Origin: the human T2T-CHM13v2.0 reference genome, Homo sapiens
Direction: 5' to 3' (one strand)
Assembly: GCF_009914755.1 (NCBI RefSeq)
Contig: NC_060935.1
Length of the DNA stretch: 64,000 bases
Below the pieces are notes generated by a model. The model did no database searches and was not told where the DNA came from. It was given only the letters and a program-made list of their open reading frames with translations. The position numbers and the translations under genes are program-made. Numbering within the stretch: position 1 is the stretch's first letter; each line of letters starts with the position of its first letter. Positions 1-11,592 of this stretch are shown here, in pieces.

Positions 1-705
1 GAGATGCCGAGCCCTATAGCTTACGTTCTGATAATACAAACCTCCTTGTGTTCCCTGAATACGTCATGCTGTTTCATAACTCTGCATTTGCTTAGGCTGA
101 GCTCTGACTGGAGCTCCCTCCTGCTCTGTCTTGGCCCAGCTCACTCAGTTATCTTTCAAGATGTCTCTGGGAAGTGTTCTCTGAACTTTCAGCTGGGATT
201 ATATGTCTCCCCGCTTTTTGGGACCTCCCCCCGCCGGCCACAGGATATAGTTCCATCTTAGCCTTTGCCATGTTATAGTATATTGAGCCTGGTGGTGGGT
301 GATTGTCTCTGCCGGTAAGCTGTAAGCACATCCTGTGTACCATCCAGCACAGAGCATGGAGTCTGACACCCAGTAGTCAGTCTATAATACCAAAATATTG
401 GAAAGCAGAGAAGGTGCCTTCATGCTGCAGGGACAAGCCACATGAACACTTTTAAAAAAAGGAAACAGAGTCTGGACACCTCAAACTCAGGAAGGAGTTA
501 TAGTGTGGGTAAAGAGGCCTAGGCAACATTATTTGTCCCTGGTTTGGACATGCCCTTTGTCTTGAAGCCCGTTAACTGTGTTTTGTATTTACTGACAGTT
601 CAAGTTTTTCTCTTTTTTTTTTTTCATACTTTGGAAGGGCAGAGACATCTGATCTAATACCATCTGTGACCAAGGGAGGGAAGGTGGGAGGAAGGAAGAG
701 AATAT

Positions 706-1160
706 CCATTTATTCACTTAATATTTCTGGAGCATCTGCTAGGTGCTGAGGATTCAGCAAGGACAAAACAAATGAATTCCTGCCTTTGCAGCTTCCTCTC
801 CAGTGTGTGGGGGAATAGAAAATGAATAACAATAGACAGTTCCTTAGGTAGTGATAAGTGCTATGGAGAATGTAAAGCAGAGAAAAATGATACAGGTGTT
901 GAGGGTGGGGAGCAAGGAGCTGCAGATTTTGAATGGGGTGGTCTCTGAGGTGGATGCCACAGGAAGGCATGCTCCGGGAGATGGCCTGGGAGGGCAGGGG
1001 AGCAGCAGGAAGGGTGGTCAGGAAGGTGAATGAGCAGGCAAGGGGAGTTTGCAGATGGTGCAGGCCCTGTAGGCCAGGGCAAGGGCTCAGCTTTTACTTC
1101 CATGGGATAGAAGCTACTGGAAGGTTTTGATAAAAGCAGTTCAGTGCTCTGACTTACCAT
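706..1160 (-). mobile_element. L2 (LINE-2) 3' fragment
   Basis: catttattcacttaatatttctggagcatctgctaggtgctgagg... resembles the reverse complement of the L2 3' end; boundaries approximate. Confidence 0.7.
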
Positions 1161-1455
1161 ATGTCCAGCACTGTGCTAGGTATTCACACAAATGACCTTA
1201 TTTAATTTTGTAAAGTACCCTGCAAGATACATGGTTTTATCATCATTTTGCAAGTGAGGACTTAACACAGACCTTCTCCAAGATCAAATATGTAGAAACA
1301 TGGGGAGCCAGGAAGACTTAACCTCTGTAAGGCCTAGCTTTGACCTCTGTAAAATAGGAATGATGCCTATAAACCCTATGCAATTCTGAAAATCAAATGA
1401 TAATGTAAATAAAGAGAGTAGCAAAGTACTTGAGGAACTCAATAAACGTCAGTTT
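1161..1455. mobile_element. Two MIR fragments (minus then plus)
   Basis: cattttgcaagtgagga (minus core) and ctctgtaaaataggaatgat...ctcaataaacgtcag (plus 3' end). Confidence 0.55.
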
Positions 1456-2964
1456 CCTTCTTTGTTCCAAGGCCACACACACAATAGCAAAGTGAACACT
1501 GGTTAGAAGATCTGCTCCATCTTCAGTGAACTCAGAGTAGGCACATCCATTGCACTTAATAGATTTTCGTTTCTTCCCTCCTTTCCCCTCCTCCTGTCTC
1601 TGGGTCCAGTTTCCTTATCTATATATTGAGACTATTGGTCTGCTCTCCAAGGCAATTTCCAGTTATAAAGTTCTTTATTGCTTCGACATTGTCTTAGCTG
1701 TTTGGTACACACCTTTCCTAATAGCTAGCAGAGGGTGATGCACACCGTGGGAACTTCATCAATCCCCAGTGATGATCTGAGAGGTGTTATGATAGAACAG
1801 GTTAAATGCCAGTGTCCTCTTCAGGTTTGACTGGGTCAGTGATCTTGTCAAAGGGGCATGATGAAGTGCCCCAAGGAGGTTCCTAGAGTTTCCGAAAATG
1901 GATGCAAAGTATGAAATGTCAATGCTTCTCCAGTGATGCTGGAGCACTTCTGCCTCTCGGATGTCATTCTTATTACTTTATAATTACCTTCTGACCTTTA
2001 CTGACTCTGACAGTTGTGAGTCTTTAAAAAAAGGATTCAAGAATATTATCATTAATGCAGTTGCCTAGAAACAGGGCCTAAAATACATCTGGCTTTAATA
2101 GAAGAGCTAAAATGAGTTTTCATTTTTTGGCATTGTCTCTCTTTCTCCTTTCTCTTTTCTCTCCTCCCTCCCCCAACTTTTTCTTTGTATTAACCAAGAA
2201 TTGCAATAGAATTTTTCACTAATCCTTTCTGAACTGTCCAGAGCCAAGGTACCCAAAATAGAGAGCATTTTTCCATCATAGGAAGCTTTAGCAACACTAA
2301 CTGGGCATTATGAAATCTAATCCCTAGCCCACTTACACAGCAGGTATAGAATCTGTATTGTCAAATCACTCATCGCGCTCTCTGTAAGGAAGCTTTGCCA
2401 GTACTCATAAAGATGCTAGAAGAAGGAGATTCTATTGAGATTCTATTTATCTCTTCATCAAGGCATGTTCTAGAACACTATGCCAAATGGCTACAACTGT
2501 GATTTTCTGACCCATAAACATTTCCGTTCACCACTTTAATGTCTCCTCCCAGATGTACCCTCTTGCTTTCCTCTGTCCTTTTTATCATTGCAATGTTCAG
2601 TCAGTCTGTAGCTAGCGCACCTTGCAAACACAGCCCTTATCATCTGATAAAAAGAAAAGAGAAAACAGTAAAAAAGAGCAATAGAATATATTCCATTTTT
2701 TTCTATGTCTGTTATTAGATTTCTGCTTGTGGAAATACACTGATTTGCAAAAATGCTTCTGGTGGCAAAGGTTACATCAGCCTTACTAGGTCAAGAGGCC
2801 TAGAAGTCTGCTGGCCAGGTCAGCACAGCACCCTCTACTCACCATGCAGGTGCTTATGGAGGTTTAGGGAAGTGGAGTTCTGTAAGGGGAGGGGGCCTCC
2901 AGGGATCAAGGCACTCACCGTTCAGAACTGCTCCAGAATTAATTTCCATGGCCGGCATCACTCC

Positions 2965-3135
2965 CAGGCTGTTTCCAAACTTGCCTGATCATAAGAACCA
3001 TCTGAGGGCTTGTTAAAAGTACTGATTCAAAGCCTCTTTTCTGAAGATTCTGATTCTGTAGATCTGGTATAGAACTTGGGGAACAGCTTTTAACAAGTAC
3101 CCTGGTGGTTCATGTCAGGCAAGTTTAGGAAACAG
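2965..3135. mobile_element. MER5A-type hAT-Charlie MITE
   Basis: Inverted termini ctgtttccaaacttgcctga / tcaggcaagtttaggaaacag; internal gattctgattctgtag motif. Confidence 0.75.
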
Positions 3136-4054
3136 ACCAACAGTAGAGTCCAGGCACCTTTCAACTGCAGACAGGGCTTTCTGTGGTCTTGCTGCAGATT
3201 CCACTGTTAGCTCCAGACACACACTGGTTTGTGCTGCCCTGTCACACAACTCCAGGCCTTGACTCCTTGCTATGCACACTGCCTAGTGGCTGTCTGCCGT
3301 CTTCAACAGTCTTCCCCACGTCTTAGGACAGTGCAGGCATTGTTTCCTTGTGTTTCTGGAACACCTGCTCTTGCTTCTAACAAAAGAACAGCACTTAAGT
3401 TTATTACAATTATTGGTTTACCTTCTGCGATCCCATTTTCTGCTTTATACTTTTCATAGGATGTTTACCCCATACTCCTCAATTTGAATGAAAGCGCTGG
3501 GAAGGGGGACTCTGCCTGGACTAAGCTGTGTCCCAGGCTTCCACAAGAGGCCCTGGCCTACAGTAGGTGCTCAGTAGATATTTGTGAATTAAATTCTGTC
3601 TGTGGCACTAGACTGCGAGCCAGTCTTTAATCTCTGCAATCCTAGCACCTTGCTCAGTGTCTGTCACTCTAATGATAGTTGGATGAATCACTGAGATATT
3701 TGACTTCATAACCAGGTTTCGGTCCACTCAGCGCTCTTAGTGAGGAAGAATTAGGCAAATACAACCCTGAAAGGGAAAAAAGGAGCCAAATGGGGGAACA
3801 GCATGGAAACCTGGAAAAGAGCAGAGGAAACAGACACATAGAGACTGGACAATGGTGGGGACCAGGGGAAGTTGTCTTAGTCCTGATGGTAAGAAAGGTA
3901 TCAAGAAGGGGATAATTGTTGATTGTTTCTAAACAACTCAATTCTTGTTGGTAGTTTCCAAAGACAGCCCAGAGATCACCCAGGGCCATCTCCACAACCT
4001 GCCCTCCCCTTGAAATGGCTCTGCACACAGTCTAACCCAGAGAGAGCATTAACC

Positions 4055-4570
4055 CAGTACCATGGTTAGGAGGGCGGATTCTAGAGTCAGAGGACCAGGT
4101 CTCCAATCCTAGTCCCACGCCTGACTGACTTTTTCCTGGGGCAAAACGTTCAAATCCCCTACTACCCCAGCCTCCTCATCTGTAAAAGGCTGTATGTACT
4201 AATGGTACCTGATCCTAGGGCTGTTGTGATAAATATGGTAATCCACACAAGGTGCTTAACACTGTGGCTGGCACCTAGTAAGTGATTAGTTGTGGCCTGT
4301 GTGGCACGCACTCTGCTGGGAACTGGGTATGTATGAAATAGCTAAGGGGCCAAGTGCATAGACTTCGGAATGAGATACATATGGCCTGGATTGGGAGCTC
4401 AGGGAAGTACTTAGCCTCTCTGAATCTCACATCATCGAGTGTAAAGTGAGGATAATAGCAACTGTTTACTGAGGCACATCCATTTGCCTGTGATCCACAC
4501 AACCATCCTATAAGGATATTACCTCATGTACTCATCACACAGTTTCAGTAAGTGTCAACTAGCGATCACT
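4055..4570 (+). mobile_element. Two tandem MIR elements
   Basis: catggttaggagg...cctcctcatctgtaaaa...ggcacctagtaagtg, then gaagtacttagcctctctgaatctcac...gtaaagtgaggataatag. Confidence 0.7.
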
Positions 4571-6254
4571 TTATAACCTCTACCTACCCCTCACCCTTGC
4601 CTATCCCCAGTACCCTGGTTATTTTCACACAAACCCCAGATAGAACATCACTTCATCTGTCAATATACCTTATAATGTTTGTTGGCTTCACCATGTCTGG
4701 AATTCTAAGTAAACAAACTTGGTTCTGGACGAGGCACACAGTTGAACACCGTGCCTGTGGTCCAATGTCAGAACAACCGTTCTCATTCCACGGATGAGCT
4801 GATCCCCTTCAGGCTATAGGGGGCGCTGGAGCTAGAGAAGGAATGACAGCCAGGCATCCTGCTGAGAAGGCGGCCTGAGAGCGGTGCAGGGAGTGATCTC
4901 TGCGGCCTTGGCCTCCTGCGGAGAAACCTGGAAAAAGGATGCCTGGTACGACTGTTTGAGGCCACCGCCCAGCCAGGCTTTCCCAGTGGAAACCTGTATC
5001 CAGACCTAAAACTGTACACACAGTGCACGCTACAAGGGCTTGGGAGAAAGTAGGGTACTCTTCAGGGGACTGCCTGGAGGCACCGAGGACTCCTTGGAAC
5101 TGGTCTCTTTTAAGTAGCACCAATGAGCTTTAGCTGCCGCACGGGCAAAATGGCAAAAAGAAAAGCCCATTTTGACAAAATTGTTCCTTGGTCCTGTCAC
5201 ATCAGGCTGTCATTTTGGCTAACTTGTCTTTTGTTCTTTGCACCTCAAATCTGAAAAAATTCTAAAATGCCTGAGCTCTATGGTGAGCAGAAAACTGTCC
5301 TGAGTATTTCTTCTCCTTTTCAACGTGCATGTCTCTGCCATTTTGAGTCTATTGTGCTGTTCAAAAGTCTCTTCCTTCTCCGAGCTCACTTTGCTATGTA
5401 AGCAGTTAGCTCCAAATAGATGGGTTCAGCACCACTCCAAAAAAAGAGCAATCCTTGTCTAAGAGGAAATATGGTTAAGTTGCAGCTTCCTAATTCTTCT
5501 TGTAGATAATATCTGTTCCTCTTGAGGAAGACTCTAGCCCTGATGCAATCATCTGATGCATTCTTTGTGATTGCTGCAAGGCAAAACTAAGGTAAGCTTG
5601 GAGCCAGAGAGAGCGCTTTATCTATTTATCTATTGATGGTGGTGCTGGTGGGGAAGGTAGAGCTGCCAGTATTCCTATTACAGTATGATTTCCAAGGGAG
5701 ACAGTATTATGTAACCAGTGAATCATGAAAACCACCTCCAGTCTTCCAGCTGAGGAGGGCTTCTCCCTCCTCCATGATAACAAGCTGCAGATTGGCAGTA
5801 ACAAGAGGCAAGTACTTACTTCACTGCTTTCTCCTGTTGCAGAAGTTTTGATGTCACCTCTTGGCATGAATGGGAACCTAGTATACCTCTGGAAGTGAAG
5901 CCTGCTTAGCTGGGTTCCACCCAAGGGAAGGCAGAAGTTTCTATTCCTCCAGGCTGCAATCCAAAGTATAGTAAACAAGTATGGGATAGAGTTCTTGTTT
6001 ACAGGGGTTGCTGAAGTTTCTGTTTCAAGACACCATTTATATCATGACACAAAGGCTGCTTTCACTACCCTTCGTCATCGTTCTCTGAGTGGTGACTGAG
6101 CTGAATTTCACTGCTAGTTTGGAAGAATCTAAGGCAAAAAGACATCCCCATTGGCTCCCTCCATTTTAGCTAACAGCACTTGATGGCTGAAGGCACTACT
6201 CAGTCTGACTTGGCATTGTGCCAAGAGACTGCTTCTCAGCTGTGGTGAAGTTTG

Positions 6255-6580
6255 GCTATAGTCATTATCATAATTAACCTTAGCTGCCCTAACCGACAAA
6301 ACCCTATTAAGCCTTGATGGCTTAATACCCAAGGGTTTATTTCTCATTTATGTGAAGTCCAGTAGGGGTCCGGCTGCCCTCTTCTCTCTGAAAGAGCCAT
6401 CTGGAACACAGGGCCCCCAAGGTCTTTGCTGTGGGGGAAAAATAAGGTGGAGGAAGTGCCTGGCTCATAGTCCCTTGGCCAGAATCAGTCACATGACCCC
6501 AACCTAACTTCAGGGGAGGCTGGGAAGTACAGGTTGGAAAACATGAAATACCTGGTAAGCACTGATCCTCTCTGCCATAT
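6255..6580 (-). mobile_element. Ancient MaLR LTR (MLT1L/K-like)
   Basis: ttggccagaatcagtcacatgaccccaacctaacttcaggggaggctgggaag...ctctctgccata, typical of old MLT1. Confidence 0.55.
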
Positions 6581-7167
6581 TGACTAGCATGATTCCATGA
6601 TTTTCTGTGTTTTCCAGCAACTCACCGATGAAGATGTTGAACAGGTTAAAGCCAGGCAGGAGGACTGTCAGCGAACAACAGCACCTTAGTCCTCAAGGAA
6701 GTTATTCTTCACAGGGCTGTGGGCAAGAAGAATGCTTTTGCAGACAACCAGAGTCATTCCTAGAAGCAAGGACTATGACAGCAAGCTAAGATAGTTCTCG
6801 TTTGCTGGTTGTAGTGGATACACTAATTTCATTCCTTTGTCGAGGTAGAGTCCAAGTCCCAGCTGGAGGATGCATTTTGTTATCCTGTTGCTCAATTCCT
6901 AATGGACATAAGAAAGGTAGGAGCTACTGAAAGTTTCTCAGCAAGGAAGCTACTAAAAATAAAAGAGAATCCTTGTCCTATGAACAATTCCAACCCTTAC
7001 TCTGGCTGACCCAGAGATTGTGGATTGAGTCTGGCCACGTAAAAAAAAAAAAAAAAAAAAGGGAACAATTCAGCAACCCTCAGAACCGAACAGTTTTTTC
7101 TACATCTTGGGACGCAAGTAGAGCTAGGCGAACTTTCCACCTGGTCCATCAGCTTAGTGTGAAATGA

Positions 7168-7718
<551 letters not shown>

Positions 7719-8158
7719 CTCCCTAACACATCATCTGCAACCTTCCAAACCTGCTTATGATTATAAGGTGGTTGAGTGCATGTGTATCATTAGTTGCTAG
7801 GACGATGAGTTTCAATCCCAAGCTCTAGAGCCTCATATCATGTGGAGTAGGGGTGGGCAGATTTTCTGAAGTGCTATGGTTGTGCTTTTATCGCTCTGGG
7901 GACAGATCCGTGGTGGCATGGCTAATGGGGATTTCTCTTTCCAGGAAGGGGCTATCAGTCTATGACTCAGCTGTCACCTTCTGGCCCCTGAGATCTAGAT
8001 AGTGTCTCTCCTGAACCATCAGTTTTACTGCCCGTAGAGGTCCACTGCCAAATTTCTACTAATTCTTAGGGACTTGCCTTCCCATGAGCCCTCTGCTTTT
8101 GGCTCTACACGGGTGGCTTTGGTCCTTACCATGATGCTCAAAACATGAAAGTTGGCCC

Positions 8159-9023
8159 TTTGCAATATTATCTTATAGAATTTTTATAGTTTTGGGTCCA
8201 AGATTTAAGTCCCTGATCCATCTTGAGTTGATTTTTGTATAAGGTGAGAGATGAGGATCCAGTTTTATTCTCCTGCATGTGGTTTGCCAATTATCCTAGC
8301 ACCATTTGTTATATAGGGTGTCCTTTCCCCACTTTATGTTTTTTGTTTGCTTTGTCAAAGATCAGTTGACTGTAAGTATTTGGGTTTATTTCTGGGTTCT
8401 CTATTCTGTTTCATTGCTCTATGTGCCTATTTTTATACCAGTACCATGCTGTTTTGGTGACTATGGCCTTATAGTATAGTTTGAAATCAGGTAATGTGAT
8501 GCCTCCAGATTGGTTATTTTTGCTTAGCCTTGCTTTGGCTACGTGGGGTCTTTTTTGGTTTCATGTGAATTTTAGGGGTTTTTTTTCTTTTTTAGTTCTG
8601 TGAAGAATTCAATTCATGGGAATTGAATTGTATTTGTAGATTGCTTTTGGCAGTATGGTCATCTTCACAATATTGATTCTACACATCCACGGGTGTGGGA
8701 TGTGTTTCCATTTTTTTATGTTGTCTATGATTTCTTTCAGCAGTGTTTTGTAGTTTTCGTTGTAGTTTTCACCTCCTTGGTTAGGTATTTTCTTAAGTAT
8801 TTTATTTATTTATTTATTTTTTTTTTGCAGCTGTTGCAAAAGAGGTTGAGTTCTTGATTTGATTCTCAGCTTGGTTGCTGTTGGTGTATAGGAGAACTAC
8901 TTATTTGTGTACATTAATTTTGTATCTGGAAACATTGCTGAATTATTTTATCAGTTCTAGGAGCTTTTTGGAGGAGTCTTGAGGACTTTTTAGTTATACA
9001 ATCATATCATCAGCAAACAGCAA
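8159..9023 (-). mobile_element. L1PB-like internal ORF2 fragment without 3' UTR or poly(A)
   Basis: gtataaggtgagagatgaggatccagtttt signature; ends at aatcatatcatcagcaaacag (RT FADD region). Confidence 0.85.
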
Positions 9024-9154
9024 CCCTTTCAATAGTATTTAAACAGACACACAACTAAAAAACGTTTACAAGCACACATTTATTACTTTATAACTTTGCA
9101 GATGACTGCTACTGAAATCAGCACATGCCAGATAACATTAAAAAATCCCTTTTA

Positions 9155-10697
9155 TGGAAAGATATACCAATTTTGTGGGATGGAAGATGCAATATTGTTA
9201 AGATGCCAATTTTCCCTAAAATTAATTTACGGATTTAACATCTCCGAATAAAAATTCTAACACTTTTTTTTTTGGTAGAAATTGGCATGGGTAGGGAAAA
9301 GCAAAGGAATTAGAACAACCAAAACAAATTTGAAGGGAAGAATGAAGTTTGAGGACTTACACTATCTTTGTTGAAGATTTTACAAATCTATAATCAAGAC
9401 AGTGTGATATTGGTGTAAAGATAGATATATGGATAAGTAGAACAGAACAGAGAGTTCTATTGGCCACACATATATGGTCAATTTATTTTGGCAAAATTAC
9501 AAAGACAATTCAGTGTAAGGAGGATAGTTTTTCAACAAACGATGCTGGAATGAGTGTTATCTGATGGTGAAACATCATCTTTGATCCATACTTGCTCCAT
9601 GTGCAAAAATGAACTCAAAATTGATCATAAATCTAAATGTAAAGTCTATGAGTATAAAACTTCTGGAATAAAAGATAGGAGAATATCTTCGTGACCATGA
9701 ATTAGGCAAAGATTTTTTAGCTATGACATCAAAAGCATAATCCATAAAAGAAAAAAAATTGATGAATTGGACTTTATCAAAATTAAGAGCTTCTGCTTTT
9801 TGAAACACACTGTTAATGGAATGAAAAGTCAAGCCACAGGCTGGAAAAAACATTTGCATATCACATATCTGATAAAGGATTTATATCTAAATATATAAAT
9901 AACTCCCAAACTCAATAAAACAGCTCAATAAGAAAAATGGGGAAAATATTTTAATGGACACTTCATCAAGAGAGAGATATGGATGGTAAATAAGCACATG
10001 AAAACATGCTCAGGAAAATGCAAATTAAAATCACAATGAGATGCTACTACATATCTTTAGAATATTTAACATTAAAAAGATTTACAGTATCAAGTATTGG
10101 TTAGGATATTGAAGAATTGGAATTCTTATATGTTGCTGGAATGACCACTTTGGAAAACAGTTTCTTAAAGAGTTCAACAAAAAATATAACTCAGTAATTC
10201 TGTTCCTAGTGGAATGAAAACAAGTGTTCATACAAAGACTTGAACAGGAATGTCCAGAGCAGCTTTATTGTAATAGCCCCAAACTAGAAACAACCCAAAT
10301 ATCTATCAACAGGGGAACAGATACACAGATTTTTGACATATTCATATAATGAAATACTTCTCAGCATTAAAAGGAATAAACTACTTATACATACTAAAAC
10401 ATAAATGAATCTCAAAATAACTACAGAGTGAAATATACCAGACAGAAAGGGAGTATATAGTATATGATTCCATATATAGATATACGATTCTAGAAAATGC
10501 AAATCAATTTATAATGACAGAAAGAAGTTGTGGTTGCCTGGGTAGGCAGGGATTGGATTGGGAGCTTACAAGGAACACAAAGAAACTTTGGGGTGATAGA
10601 CATTTTTACTATCTTGATTGTGGTGATAGTTTCAACTTATTGTATACTTCAAATATAGTTTATGTAAATTATACCTCAATAAAGCTATTGTTAAAAA
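9155..10697 (+). mobile_element. Old L1M (L1MD/L1ME-like) ORF2 3' part and 3' UTR
   Basis: aatattgttaagatgccaatt... through aaattatacctcaataaagctattgttaaaa. Confidence 0.85.
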
Positions 10698-10959
10698 TCT
10701 GCTTTAGACAGATTTTCTCTAAAGTCCTATTTTTGGCTTCCCACCACTGTCAAGTTCTTCTCTTGGTCCCTTCCCCATCATCACTTGATTCTTCTCTCTT
10801 TTCCTTCATTTTCCACCTCCCCTCCCACCCTCTGCATTTCAATAACAGAGTTCCTCTCCTTGTCTCATGCTGAGCAGTTCTGCTCTTGTTCTTGAACTTG
10901 AATTTGTGACTCCAGCTCACAAATGGACCCTTGCCTCTTATCATCCATCTTGTACTTCA

Positions 10960-11592
10960 GTACGCAAGTGCTGGAGCCAAAGTGCATGGATTCAAAAGCT
11001 ATACTCTCCTACTTCCTAGCTGGGAGCTTCAGCAAGTTCCTTGCCATCTCTATACTGTGAACAAATGTGAACCTAAAAACGTCCTTCGAGATGGATCCTG
11101 GGTGGCTAAGCCAGTCCTTCAAGATGGAGCCCAGGTGGCTAAGTAGGCCTAAATTTAAAAATAAAGCCAAATGGCCATACTCTGAGTTTCCAGAAAAATC
11201 TCACCTCTGCTTAACTTGGGGACTTCAGAGCTCACCAGAGCCAACTAATCAGGGCTCAGCTATATCAACCAATCAAGGATCAGTTGTATTGACCAATCAG
11301 AACTCAGCTGTGCCAACCAATGAAAACTAGGCAAGTTTGAAACTTTCATTTGGATAAACAGATTTGATTGGGTAGCTGGGCAGGAACTTTTGCTATAAAA
11401 CTGGAAACCTCCCTTTGTTCTCTGGAACATGCCTTAATTTTACAGGTTTGCAAACTGTTATCTCCCACATGATAGTAAAATTAATAGTACTTGTCTTTTA
11501 ACATTTGCTGTGAGGATTAAATGAGTTAATAAATAGAGAATGTTTAGAATATCTGGCATGTAGTGAGTATTCAATTATTATTATTACTATTA
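10960..11592 (+). mobile_element. MIR split by an LTR insertion
   Basis: 5' half ctggagccaaagtgcatggattcaaa...cagcaagttcc (to 11055); 3' half gctgtgaggattaaatgagttaata (after 11460). Confidence 0.7.
11056..11460 (+). mobile_element. ERV LTR, LTR47-like, 3'-truncated
   Basis: Starts TGTGAACAAATGTGAAC; ccttcaagatggatcc motif, CCAAT array, TATAAAA 11394-11400; family name from recall. Confidence 0.65.

Noticed and set aside
1769-1994. C-box-like GTGATGA/ATGATGA, CTGA motifs and small hairpins
   Set aside because: Spacing and terminal stem do not fit a C/D snoRNA convincingly; no guide complementarity recognised.
11240-11330. 24-bp periodic repeats resembling an array
   Set aside because: Contiguous LTR CCAAT repeats without unique spacers; not CRISPR.
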